A stretch of 63,270 nucleotides of DNA, filler included, from Vannella sp. (lineage: Eukaryota): NCBI GenBank assembly GCA_023345925.1. It is 7 parts of 7 records of this genome, joined end to end, with 100 filler letters (N's around TTAATTAATTAA, not from the genome) between each part and the next. Parts side by side here need not be neighbours in the genome. Positions count along the whole stretch, not along the records: positions 18,373 to 35,150 come from JAJQQN010000158.1; 6 more parts are not named here. One strand, given 5' to 3'. The notes under the pieces were generated by a model. It was not told where the DNA came from and did not search any database. It saw only the letters and a program-made list of their open reading frames with translations. Both the position numbers and the translations under genes were made by a program. Shown one piece after another: positions 19,037 through 32,954 of this stretch (the first letter of the stretch is position 1; every line of letters begins with the position of its first letter).

Positions 19037-21988
19037 TTACTCATCGTCATCATCATCGGGCTGAGGATCCTGTGCAACAGGAGCAGGGCGGCTGCGAACG
19101 GGCTCAATGTCAGACGAGAGTTGGTACAGTTGTTCATCATCCAGAGGCTTGAGAGCGCTCAGCTGCGCCTGAATTTCAGCATTGCGCACCAAAGCGGGCT
19201 CATAGCGTGTCATAGCAGGGTCTGCAAGACGAAGGCGAGCAATGTCCTCCGCATACATCACCATTCGAGCAAAGGAGAGGACCTGCGCATCATCGCCAAG
19301 GGTCACGGGGTTCCCCTCTTCAATCAAAGTGAGTGTCCTTAGATGGACAGCAATGAAAGGCAACGAAGGAGCCTCGTGAGAGAGCTGATTGCGGTAATGA
19401 GAATAGCCCGATACGGGGTCAAAGGTGTCATTCAGGCTCTCATAGAGCTCAACAGTCTTCCAATCTAGCTGCTTGGAGAGCTTCTTCAATCGCTGGACCG
19501 CTTGGTTACTCACCCCGCTGAGAATCTGAGCGCAAGTGGCATAATTTCGTCTCTCTAAGAGCCGCTGGGCCACCCGAATGAACTTGGAAAACATTTTGGC
19601 TTGGAGTTTGGGAGGACCAGCTTGGAGAATCTCTGTAGCCACCCACAATCCCACTGTGTTATAGTGAGATATTAACTTGGTGAGATTCGGCGCTCTGTCC
19701 GGATGCTTGTCCCAAGCCAGGTCTAAGAACTCATTGAGCCTCAACTATATCTCGTGTGAGGCGTGCGTTCTCAACGGCAGATTCCCTTACCTCTTTGTAG
19801 AACTCCACTTCGAAAATAGTCATCTGCTCGACAAGAACATCAGCTTTCTGTGCGGCCAAGGGAATAGTGGACTCTGAGATGACAATAGGAGCCTCTGCTT
19901 CGGGCTCATCCACCGCAAATCGGACACCTGAAGGTGCTGGAGCGAGCTCATCAAGCAAAGCCTTCAGGGCAGTCACTCTCTCTGGTCCACAATGATAGGC
20001 AAACTTGAGAACAGGCGCGAATTGCTGTGCCAGAGGAGGTGCTTGAGAGGTGTGCATATGAGCGCGGAGTTGAATCCACTGAGCGATAAAGTTGTACAGT
20101 CGGCGCTCAAGGTTAACAATGGCAGAGATCTGCTCATCTTTGATGACATCTGCAGTATTGATGACTTCAGGACCCCCCGAAGTAGTCCGAAAGAAGCCCT
20201 TCTTCCTGCTTCCACTGGCATTGCCCTTTCCCGTGGGAAGAAGCTTCTCTCGTAAGAGATTGAATGTCTCTTCTAAGTGAGTCATCACTGTGGCATCGTC
20301 ATACTGCTGCAGCAAGGCAGATACATCAATATTGGCTAAAATAACAAATGACTTAGTGGCCTATTTGGTGCGGTGGAAGGGCTACATACGCTTATCTCCC
20401 CTTTCTGATGATAAGAGACACCAACAGACAATGTCTGAGAGTGTTCCACCAAGCATTCGCCAGCCTTGACGGACGAGATCAGCAAGCGGGTGAAGGTCCG
20501 ACCCAGAATCGTTCAAATAGACCTCCTGCAGCTGCATTCGCCCAGAGAAAGCGGGGCCACCTTCTGCCAGCAGCTCGTCAGCATCCCAGCAGACGTACTT
20601 GTAGAACTGCTCAGCATCCTCCCGTTGTGCAGCTGCTCGCTGCCCAGCCGCCCTCTGTCCGCTATTGCTCTCCCGCATAGCACCCGCACCGCTTACAGGA
20701 TCAACGCGAGAGCTGTTTGCTGCAGAGGTACGACGGATACGAGGGGCGCTGAGTGTCTCACGAAGCGCTGCTATCCCGTGGGAGATGGAGGAACCGCGAG
20801 ATCGTGTGAACTGGAAGGGATTGTGGATGGAGAGCTGCGTGGCAAGCTCCAAAGTACTCAACCAAGCCGTCATCATCTCAGGGCTCTTCAATCGGATGCA
20901 ATGAGTGTTCGGCAACCGATTGATGTAGCTGATTGTGAACTCCATCGGCGAGATGGGAGTGATCCGCACGTCTGTTAGAGGTATCACAGCGAGAAGCTGA
21001 GAGGGGCCGGTCTTCAGCTCAGAAGAGAACACGTAGAAGAGGTAGTCTGGCGCTCCCTTTGGCAGAAAGGCGGAAGCCCAACTGCCTCGCTCACCCTTGG
21101 ACTTGTCAGCTGTGTTCGACATGTTCTCTGGAAAGTAGGCGATCTCTTCGTATCGGCGCTTGATAAGAGACTCTTCTGCTCCCCCTTCCCTTGCTTGAGC
21201 AGTCTCGATTTGCTTAGAACGCCTCTTCTTCTTCTCCTCCTTGTTGGTAGGGACCTCTCCCTCCTTCTTACGCTCCTTAGTACGAGTGCTGTTCTTAATC
21301 CTGCCTCGTTCGTCATCTCGGCTTGGCCCCACACGCTGGGGGACGAGCTCCACCCAAAAGTTGTAGCCTTTTGTACTCGGAGGCCCTTGTTTGGTAGTCT
21401 TCTTGGTCTGATGAGGTCCCTTACTGTCAGTAACGACTCAGATCAAGCCCAGGAGGAACTCACCGAACTACGACGGCGTATACTACTGACGGGGGAGATC
21501 TTCTCAAAGGCAGAGACCATGTGGATGGGAGGACGGATGTCCACGTAGCCAGCAGTGTAGGATTCGCGGATCTTCTGGTGTATCTCCATGTAGCGCTCCT
21601 CTCTTAACTTGAGGAGGCGGAGGAGGAAGTGATTGGCATCATCCTTACCAACATGCTCCTTGTGAGAGAAGCTCACGTTGTCTCCTATGCTGATGAGGGA
21701 GCCGCTTTCGGGTAAAGTTGGCTCCCCCGCGTTCTTGATGGCCTCTTCAAAGGCAGCTCTATCCTGTCCTCGGAAGGACACAGAGAGACGTTGCTTTAGG
21801 TTCGTCCTCTTCTTCTTTGGTCGATCCAAGGTGCCCCCCATGGACTCTGAGCGAGGCATCTCTGTTTCAGGGCCTCTTGGAGAATGAGAGGAAGTGCGCA
21901 GAAAGTGCGTGCTACGCAGAGAACGAGATCGTCGTAGCTTTCCTGATAACGAAGGATCACTTTGAGAGGGGCTCAGACCATCCGCCAT
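19037..21988 (-). CDS. RasGEF with N-terminal CRIB-like motif, PH domain, REM and CDC25 domain
   Basis: ISIGDNVSFSHKEHVG; PH end SPEMMTAWLSTLE; CDC25 motifs WVATEIL, NYATCAQILSG, PSLPFIAVHLRTLTLIEEGN. Start may be 22051. Confidence 0.85.
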
Positions 21989-22126
21989 CCCACAAGACCA
22001 ACTGCCGTCCGCGAAGAGGCAAAAAATGGTCCAGTAGTAATGAAATCCCATCCAAAGCTCTGAAAAAGGAAGGAAATAGAAATGGTAATTAAAGCGGATG
22101 GAAAGGGCTATTATTTGAGGGGTCTA

Positions 22127-22875
22127 ATGGAAGGTCCGCCTCCGGTGAAGAGAAGGAGAATGATGGGCCCTTCATTGGAGGATCTGGTGAGGGAGGATGT
22201 GAAAGAGGTAGAGGAAGTTGTGATCGGTCCGCCTGTGCCGGTGGACTTGGAGGCAGAGCGAGAAGCGGCGGAAGCTGCTCGAGACGAGGAGGCAGAGTTG
22301 GACCAGCAATGGGAAGCTGTTATGGCTCGAAGCCAAGATACAGGGCTACCAAAGAGTACCGGGAAACGGGAGGAATGGATGATGGCCTTACCAGAGCCAA
22401 GTAGGAGGCTCAAAGCCTCCTAGTTTCTTCCCTCATCCACTTGGGTCCTTCAGGGCAACAGAAGGTGACCACTCAATCACAAACTTCATTCGCCAAGAAT
22501 GCCACGCAGCATCTCGACTCGTCTTGGACCCTTGCGCCTGGCCAAACTGCCGCTACTCCTCGGAGGGAGGCAGTTCCAGCACCAATCGGACCTGCTCTCC
22601 CTCCTGTGAAGGTGAACGCGCTTCCATCATGCTCTCATCATACATGCTCACACTTAGCAATGTTCCAGAAACCCTCAGGGCCCTCTCTTCTTGAGCTGCA
22701 CCAGAAAAAGCTCGCCTCCAAACAGGTCGATCCGCAAGAAGTGGAGGAGAAGCAACGCTGGAATCGCGAGCGAGATCTTCTTGGTGTTGGTAAAACAATG
22801 AGCCGTACCTCCCGCGAACAGCTCATCCGAGAAGCCAGTAACCTTCACAGCCGCTTCACCAACTCGTCCAAATAA
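22127..22875 (+). CDS. GPALPP1: GPALPP-motif / DUF3752 protein
   Basis: KREEWMMALP, IGPALPP, PSLLELHQKK, WNRERDL; two short introns. Confidence 0.75.
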
Positions 22876-23584
22876 GTCCCATTCAAGGAGCCAACCCACC
22901 AAATCGAAGCTCTCTTACCAAGAAAGCTCTTTTGCCCATCCAATCTTGAACTTCCCCGGCCCCACAACGGGAAAAGGGCAAAACTAGTCCTGGCAGCAAC
23001 CGAAAGGCCCGGAGGGGAGATGTTTTGAGGGTCCCCTTCATTCCTGATAGAAAGAGAAGTCATCGCTTTGCTATTTAGAAGAAGAAGCAGGAAGTCTGAG
23101 GAAGACGAAGCGGATCAAGGGATTCAATAAGTCAGTTTCCAGACCTCTTTTCTCGCTTCTGTCTTCGACGGGCCTACAACCTGTTTACTGGTATGATGAC
23201 CTTTCTACACTTCATAGAATGGTGATAGATCCTCCGATATCCCCTTGATCCACATCAAGGACGAGTCACTTTGAGGAAGGGAACGCAGTTCTTCCCTTTG
23301 CATTCACGACAAGCAAATCATGTCAAGGCTTTATGCTACGTACCATAAAGCCTTGAACCCATCCGAGGAAGGGCGCCAAAGACCAGCCAGTTCCTCTAAA
23401 TCAATAATCTCCAGAAAAGCCACAAAAAGGTTGTTTGACGAATCATCAAAGGAAACAAAAGGAATGATTGAGTGCGAACCACAGCCGAGAAGAATCATGC
23501 TGATTGTGTCGGTCAATTGACATTTGATTACGCTTTCCTGGAAATGAAGCCTAGAGTCCTCACATTTCATTTTTTCTCTCTTCC

Positions 23585-25329
23585 ATGGCGGACCAACCGA
23601 TGTGGGATGACATCCCTGAGTCTGTCTTGAATGAGTTGTATCATTCCTTGTACGAAATAGAAGCAAGGCGAAGGAGGGACTAACTTGTGACGCAGTGACC
23701 CAACTACGGAAGGATACGTAACGGAGAGACTTCCCGGCTTGTTTGAAGATGTGTCGAGTGTGGAGGCGCATGGGACTGTGGTTAGTATCACCAACTCTGT
23801 CCCAATTGCTCCTGCGCCACAAGATCCCGGCCATGAGGCCCAGCTCAACCAGATGTTCCCAAAGATCGCGGAGTTTCTGAAAGAGTTCAACACCCACGTC
23901 AGGGAGTACCAACGCCTGATGGATACTATCAACAAAGATGTGCAGCACCATCAGCAAGACAAGTCCTTGGCCGTGGCGCCTCTCCAAGACCAGTTCGTCA
24001 AGGACTTGATCATGAGCCAGAGTTCCCTCGATGAACTGGCACACGCCCGGCGAATGTGCCTGCTGAGCCCCCTACAGATCTACCAAGTGTCGACGTACCT
24101 TCATGGACTAGCAAACGTTGAGTTGATCATCCAGTTCTTCCAGTCAGAACTGCTTGCACTCCTCCAAGATGAGTCGCTAAGAGAGTATGTCCTTCTCCCT
24201 CTGGACCTGGTGTTGTAGCTAACAAGACTAGGCGGATGCTCATTGTGAAAGAGCGCTCGCTGGCTCATGTAGTGTTCAAGGGCAAGGTCCTGGAAGATCG
24301 CCAGATCGTAGAATTGATCACAACATTGCCAGACGCGCACTACCGGAACCAGAAGGAAACCAAAGTGGTCGCTTCAGTGTTCACAGAAGATAACGTAGCC
24401 TTCAAGGGCAAGACAGTTCTCACAAACAACATCGCTTCCTTGACAAGTGACCGAACCGCCGTCTTTCAAAAGGTGAAGGCAGAGATCTCATCCCGTATGG
24501 CAATCGTGCACTTGCACTTTGAATTGCGAAACAAGGCCGATGTGGTGCTTTGCAGTACCTCACATGACCCTCGCGTGGTGCCCTGCTTCATTGTGATCAC
24601 GAACGAAAGCCAATGGTGCGAGGCCCAGGGCAAACTGATCGTTCAAGACTGCTTCCACGGTTCTGTACGTCAAACGCGATCTCGCTTTCTCTCCCATCTC
24701 ACTTTGTCCTCTAGACTGGGGAAGTCCCTTGGATCCACTGTGCCAACGAGATTCACCACCATTTCCTCAAAGCCTCTCGCCAGGACCTCACCAACTTCTC
24801 TCGATGCATCTTGGCTCATGAGTGGGACTACTTGCATCAAAAGTACTTCAACTTCACAACCCTAATCAACACCCACCTCACCAATGCCTTTTGGAACTGG
24901 CTTGGTCCGGTCACTTGCGCGCTTCGCTTCAAGCGGTACATCAACACACTTTGGTTCCACGGCCTGATCTATGGTTTGATCTCCAAGGAGGACTGCGAGG
25001 TCGTCCTCCAGCGCCGTGCAGTTGGTACCTTCATTGTTCGCTTCAGCGAGACCTGTCCTGGCTTCTTTGCAGTCTCCTACGTTGCTAATACGCCAGCTGA
25101 GGGTGACTGCGTGATGCACTACCTGGTGGATCACACCGACATCGGCTCGCAGAAGACCCTCCCTGACTTCCTTCGCACAAAGGAACAGTTCCAGATCGTT
25201 GCACAACTCAGTCCCAACACTGGGCAGCTGAACTGCTACGACAAAGACGCCATGCTCGCGCAGTACTACTCAAAAGGCAAGTTCTTGAGTGCGAAGCGAG
25301 AGGGCTACCAGCCACTTAACCCGGTATAA
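23585..25329 (+). CDS. Dictyostelium-type STAT protein (coiled coil, DNA-binding-like, SH2, C-terminal Tyr)
   Basis: Spliced from MADQPMWDDIP. FIVITNESQWCEAQGKL; SH2 LWFHGLIYGLISKE...GTFIVRFSE; terminal GYQPL. Confidence 0.85.
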
Positions 25330-25629
25330 AGGCAAGTTATTAGTTAAGGTTCTTTGAGTTTATTCCCTCAAGGACCTCTTGCGGTGGTGTGTTGGGATCT
25401 AGGAACAACAGGTTAGACAATGACGAGGGGAGGAGTGAGAAAAGAAGGAAGAGAAGAGGATCAGCAAGTAATGGGAGTCATAATCAGCAAAAGACGAGTC
25501 TTGTTATGCGTGGTGCATGACATACTATCATCATAGAAGAGGAGAGGAGGAACGTGTGTTGACTCACCAGGCGAAATGAAAATGGCAAACAAACGGAAAT
25601 TTGCGTCGGCTTTGACAAGATCTGCGAGA

Positions 25630-27768
25630 TTATTGATAATTGTCATGAAGGGGTTGATAAAGGGTGTCCAGGACATTGACAGCGCGTTCCTTCTTGAGCA
25701 TTTGCTGAACACTCCAAGGCATTCGCCCGCGAATGTAATGGTCAGCAGACAGTTGGAGTCGGCTGATACGCTTGTAGTCACGATCAAGCTCGCGGAGAAC
25801 GTCGTTCTCGCGGAAGACCTTTTGGGTGGCGAAGCGGCGGTTGCGGACGAGAGGATGTTTCTGCTCTTCGAGGAGTCTCTCTTCCTCCTTATCAGTGGGG
25901 AAGATGACAGGGTCCGTGAGCACACTGCGCTTGAGGTTAGTTTGTGGAGGACAAGAGAGAGAGCGTACTCTTGAGTGACAAAGGAGGATCCTTTGATGCT
26001 GGTTCCAAACAATTGTTTGCGGAAGGCTCGGCGACGTTCCTCCCAAGTGAGATGGCGCATGGATCCATCGCTCTTGACCCAGAACATCTTGCACTGCTCT
26101 TCAAAGTTCTCCACGGGACTGGAGTCGATGTAGATGTTCTCTGATCGGTAGTCACGCGATCTCCATCGCTTGTGCAGAGGTCCTCGGATAATCTCCCCAT
26201 CAGGGTAGATGTGAGGGTACGCATCCGACCCAATAGGGCGCTCCTCTGGCATCTCATACCACGAAGGACGAATACGAACCGCCATTCTGGACAAGGAAGC
26301 CAGATCCTCTTGCTGCAAGCTCGCAGTTAGCGATAAAGACCTTCCAGCAGGTGCTCATACAACCACTTACCTCATCATCAATCATGCTAACACGCGCATT
26401 CCTCCAGCGTCTTTCGGTAAGAGTGAACCGATCATCGTCGTGGCCCATCCAGTCCCCGTTGCCTGTGAGGCCAAAGAACTCTCCGTACATGTAGTCGATG
26501 TCGTCTCCACTCAGGTTGACAGTCCATGGCTTCGTCTTGCGGCGAATGTGCTCGTCAATCTTCAACAAGAGGATGGCTTCGATGCGGGCCTTCTTGATGC
26601 GGAAACGTTGAGCCAGTTTACCGGATGTCCATTCCTCTGGGTTAGACTGATGCAGAAGGAAGATAGAGTCCTTCACTGCCGGATCAAGGATGGGACGGAA
26701 GTGGATTGGGGCGAGGTTGGCGAACTCGTTAAGTTGGCGAAGGACGATAAACTCGTCCCAGAAGTCCTGGCTGGCCTTGTGACTATCTAAGATACGTCTA
26801 GCACGCTGTACCATTTCAATAACCTTCGTACGCTTCTCCAGGGGGAACTCCGAAGTCTTGAACTTGGACACGTCTTGGAGGAACTGCTGCGCTTCCACAA
26901 AGCTGCCACGCTGGAGAATGTAGCGGTCCAGGTCAATGTCTTCGATGTAACTCATGTCTTCAGCTGCCTGCTTCTCATCCTCTCCAGAGCCCTCTTCCTC
27001 AGCGTCATCTTGCAACTCAGCCACGCGTGGGGCGAGAGTATCAGTACGGAGGAGATCATAGATGGTGTATGTCTTCTCAATACCACCACCAAGGCCCTGT
27101 GGTTTGACAGGTGCAGGCTTAGAGGGCTCAGGCTGGGATGCTTCACCCTCAGCAGGAGGCTCTGCAGACACTGCTTCTGGTTTGGTGTAGGACCCAACAG
27201 AGCCCTCCAGGAGGGCATCAAATTCGTCAGAATCAACATCATCCTTTGCAGGAACCACCTCCTTCGTCACATCTTCCATAAAGCGGAGGACATCATCGTT
27301 TTCAGCAGCTCGTTGTTCAATGGGGTTGGAGCTGTACTTGATGGGGAGATCCTCTCCTGAGTCTGTAAAGTCAGCATAACCTACCAACGACTGTGTAGAG
27401 AGGGGTTTCTTGAATTCCTCGTCCACTTCAGAGTCAGACTCGACGAAGGAAGCGTTGGCGTGGCGGAAGAACTCGTCAGGGCGATAGCGGCTGGGGGTGG
27501 AGAGCGGCTTGTCTTGATTACTCAAGAGGGTTTCGTTCTTCTTCCATAAGAGATCAAAGGTCTCCTCGATCTTCAACTTGCGGGGATCTGGTAAAGAGCT
27601 TACGATCTTCTTTTCGTTCGGCGCACTCTTCACATTGCTCTTGGGCAGCACGTCTTCGCTCAGTTTCACCTGCAATCGATTCTTTGATTCTCGTGTTCCA
27701 AAGGAGGCGAATGCTCGACATCCCTCCCTCGTCAGCCTGGAAGAGACCACCCGCGATCCCGACAACAT
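25630..27768 (-). CDS. mitochondrial protein with mS45/Bot1-like domain
   Basis: Arg/Ser-rich presequence MLSGSRVVSSRLTREGCRAFASF; LDPAVKDSIFLLHQSNPEEWTSGKLAQRFRIKKARIEAILLLK; two introns. Confidence 0.6.
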
Positions 27769-28199
27769 GGAAATGGCCTTTGAGATTCGACCAGTGACGC
27801 CAAGGAAAAATCCGAAATGATCAATCCTATGATAGAACAGCAACCAAGTCCTTTCGTTCAAATTCTCGAAAGTGCGATCGGTCGGATCGGATCGATCGAT
27901 CTGACGCGATCGGTTGTTCAAAAGCTTCCCCAGCCGTGGACTCCACGGCTGGGAAGCTCCAGCCCCTTTGATTGGGACACGATGAACATCTCCTGGATGC
28001 ATAGTTTCAGTGCATCCTCCAAGAACTCGTCATCCGTCCCACTATTGGATCCATGGGGTTGAATGGGAGGACCGGCAGGAATCGGTTAGGCCAGTGGATC
28101 TCGAGAGTCCAGGAGCCAGGGAAGAGCTCACAACTCATGTTTTAATGGCGAGAGAGAGCCGTTCTGAGCGCTCCTTTTGGCATGAGGGGAGCTGAGTTC

Positions 28200-29054
28200 T
28201 CAACTGAGAGAATCCAACTGCTCTTGAATGCGTTCAAGCTTCTGATAGAAGGCAAAGAGTTGGTCGTGTGTGAACTCGATGCGAACCTTCTCTGATGGCT
28301 TCCCCTAGGGTCAGAGAGGAAGAAGATGGGAAGGGGGAAGCCAGCATACCACAGCGTTCTCTGGATCCGTACCATCGAGTGTTAACTCAAACAAAGCGGT
28401 TGGTTCTTTGAGACGAGACAGGTTACTGCTCAGGGTGAGTTCCGCGACAGTGCTGCGCGAGCAGCTCACCTCTGCGCCATTTGGAGATGGAGTTGGTACT
28501 TCACAGAGTCCATCACCTTTGGGACCAAGCTTTGCTCCTTCAGCTCAGCGATGAAGGCGCCCCCCTCAGCCTTCCAGACCTTCTGGAAAGCGATGCACTG
28601 GACAATGATGAGCAAGTTTGCAGGTGGACGGCCTTCTGTTGCCGCACCTGTGCTTGCTCGAGCTCTGCTTCGTGTAGTTGATTGGCTAATCGATTGGGAG
28701 GGAGTCCATAGTATGCAGCCTGCTCGAGAATGAAAGAGCATGAGTCCAAGACTGAGTTGAGTTGAGGAAGGTCCAGGCCCAGCACGTTGATCAGCTGCTC
28801 CTTCTCTTCCTCTGAGAAAGGTTGCTCTTTCTAGTGCAACCATGTTCAGACTCAGAGAAGGAATCAAGGGGCGCTCCACACCTTGAGATGGAGCTTCTTG
28901 ATGATGCGATTGAGAAGCAGCGGGAACTTCGTCTCATCCACTCCGTTCATGAGTTGGATAGCAGCCTTGAACCTTTGATGTATTAGCTCTCAACCTTCAG
29001 CCTTCAACTGACCTACTTGACGGTGTTTGGCAAGACAGACGCTGGCGTCTCCAT
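28200..29054 (-). CDS. COMMD10: COMM domain protein 10
   Basis: KFPLLLNRIIKKLHLK, SFILEQAAYY, WKAEG, YQLHLQMAQS, IEFTHDQLFAFYQKLERIQEQLDSLS. Confidence 0.88.
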
Positions 29055-29452
29055 CCTTGCCCAAACACAAATGAATGATATTGCAACACTCATTCATAAT
29101 GCACAACCTAAAATCTTCTTTGTTGAGATAGAACAGAAGAATTCAGTTGAGCGATGAAGACCGGGTTGGCAGCCCAAATCTCTCCTGATCTGACGTGTAA
29201 CTCGGGTTCAACGTTCCTCGACAGTTCTTGAGAGGCTGGTTCTTAAGAAGTGTAGGCGCATATTTATCCAAGAGATCAATTGTTGCTCAGACCTTTTGAA
29301 AAGACAGATCCGATCTGACAAAACGAAGATAAAAATAGACTAAAAGGTTGAATCGGATAGAATCGGGACACATCGGGCGCCGATCAGATCGAATCGAGAT
29401 CACTTTTGAATCGTATGCACAAGGTTGGGTTAAGTGGTCATTCACATACAGC

Positions 29453-30022
29453 ATGGACACAGAAGGCCGGTCTCTTCGACCCGAACAACGGCGTGCCATG
29501 GAGTCAGTCTCTAAGGCCATTCAAAGTCCTCCCCAAACGATCATCCCGATCGACCAGCTCTGCTTGGCTAATCTTTTGGTGACTGGCTCTCACATCTTTG
29601 TTCGAGGTCCAGCCTCTCGCAAATCACTTCCCAGTGACACATTCTGGCGCTGGAATCAAAGTAAAGCTCAAGTCCAGATCAACTTGGGCGATGGCCAACT
29701 GGTTTCTCTTTCCAAGTTCAATCCCAGGAAGACTAGATCGACTTCTCTCATGACCCTGCCTTCGTACAAGATCTGGGTGTGTCAGATTCCCGACATGGGT
29801 GAGCCCCTGACAGTGATCTGGTGCGAAAGGGGACTTCATGGTCATGGACCTCCTTCCCCCATCCACAGAGCGGACTCTCCAGAGTCCATAGTGACCATAG
29901 ACCTGGCAGAACCATCAGAACTCGACGAAACACTCCTCAGAAACCTCTCATTCCTGGCCCGCTTCGTCGATCCGCAACTGGCGGTTGAGTTTGGCTGGAC
30001 CGGCTCTGGCACCATCGGATGA
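29453..30022 (+). CDS. hypothetical protein (~189 aa)
   Basis: Intronless ORF from MDTEGRS with a globular-looking core IFVRGP...FWRWNQSK...YKIWVC...VIWCERG. Confidence 0.7.
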   Translation: MDTEGRSLRPEQRRAMESVSKAIQSPPQTIIPIDQLCLANLLVTGSHIFVRGPASRKSLPSDTFWRWNQSKAQVQINLGDGQLVSLSKFNPRKTRSTSLMTLPSYKIWVCQIPDMGEPLTVIWCERGLHGHGPPSPIHRADSPESIVTIDLAEPSELDETLLRNLSFLARFVDPQLAVEFGWTGSGTIG

Positions 30023-30102
30023 TCATAAACTCCAGCCCATTGTAACGTATGATTGCTGTGAGGGGCTGGTGCTTCGGGAGGGCCTCTGGAAGTCATTATT
30101 TG

Positions 30103-31503
<1,401 letters not shown>

Positions 31504-31602
31504 ACGAATCAAGCTCAAACGGCTCGTCAGAAGGGGCACGGATGGAGAATCCCTCCTCAGGAGGAGCACTTTTTGGTGCTCCTTGTTGGTGGGAGGTGGG
31601 GG

Positions 31603-32194
31603 ATGGACTATGGCTTGTTCTCTCAGCTTGTGGCGATGGAGGTGACTGCGTGTGGGATCATAATGATGTGGGGGATGGTTATTGTGCGTATGGTGAGGAG
31701 TTCTGATGCCCACAAGTTCTACAAGAGGACTTCGTTGCCGATGTCTCCCGGTTCGTACGTCTATGCTGCCAGGTATGCTCTCTCACACTCGTCTTGGTTC
31801 TCTAGAGTTCCCCCTGTTCGTTGTAACGTTCGTCACTTGCGCCGTGGTCGCTGTTTCCCCTGGTGGCGTTCCTTTCGTTGGTTGGAAAGCCATTGCGAAG
31901 CTAGATGTGGTTCTCTTAGCCTTTGGGATCGTCTTCAACCTGTATTGGGCACTCTACCAAGTCTTCCTTCATGGTGATATTCCTCTTCCCCCTCCAAAAG
32001 CCCAAGAGATCTCTCTTCGCAAACCCTCAAGCCTCCCAGAGCTGGAGGTGCCTTTCATCGATGCATCGGCACCTCTATTTACCCCAGAGGACCAGGAATT
32101 AGCCACGGTTGACCAAGAACATCCCAACCCCTCCCTCATCCCAAAGTTCTCCCTCTCGGAGGAAGAGGAGGACGAAGAAGCCCGCTCTCAATAG
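31603..32194 (+). CDS. hypothetical small multi-pass membrane protein
   Basis: Two overlapping ORFs joined by a GTATGC..CTAG intron; about 3 hydrophobic segments and an acidic tail. Confidence 0.6.
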
Positions 32195-32421
32195 TCAGTA
32201 ACAAACCGGATGAATGGGCCAGGGATTCAACATGTTCATCTCCTCAACGTTTGGAGTATCATGACTGTAAGTCACTTCAGGACAAAGTTGATAAATTCTC
32301 AAGCACGCTGAAATGAAAGTGTTTTATAAGATATATTGAAAGATAGATTATACAATGGCTTTTGTCCATGCCAACGACAGGACCTTCAAGGTTGGTGGTT
32401 CTGAGTATTGTACATAACAGG

Positions 32422-32640
32422 TCAGTTATGGAGACGATAGGTTGATGCGGGGCCGATAGATTTGCTTGAGGAGCTGGGAACGCGAAAGTCGACAGGGAGT
32501 GTGACGCAGCAAGGGTGGGGCGTGAGTCCTCGGGCGATAATCTCTTTCGCGGAGCTAGAGCCTTCCTCAATCTCTATTTGTTGGTCAAACGCAACAGCGA
32601 ATCGTCTTGAACGGGAGGCGTGTAGCGGATTGGCAGGCAT
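32422..32640 (-). CDS. possible 72-aa small protein
   Basis: Best ATG ORF (MPANPLHASRSRRFAVAF...) in an otherwise empty 750-bp interval; no recognised homology. Confidence 0.3.
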   Translation of the reverse strand: MPANPLHASRSRRFAVAFDQQIEIEEGSSSAKEIIARGLTPHPCCVTLPVDFRVPSSSSKSIGPASTYRLHN

Positions 32641-32954
32641 GTGAAAGTGATTCGCTGTCCCCAGCAAACGATTCCTCTACACCAAGGTTGCACAGACTTT
32701 ATCATTTTCCACGAACGATCAAGGTTATTATCCCTTTTGGGATTTTTAGCCTGATGATTCTCAGATGCTTCAAAGAAAGTCGGTGATCAGAAGCAATCCG
32801 GAAATCGGCACTTCCTCGTTCGACCGACATCGGTTCTTACTCCAATCTGTGAAATGAAAAAGAAAAATGACTCGTTTCCATTGTATTCATCCAAGTTTCA
32901 TCTCATTGCTCCGATGAGATCCGATGGATCGTCCGATCACGCAGCTTGTCGCTG

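Noticed and set aside
23320..23520. 66-aa ORF upstream of the STAT gene
   Set aside because: No motifs or splice link; cannot be distinguished from chance.
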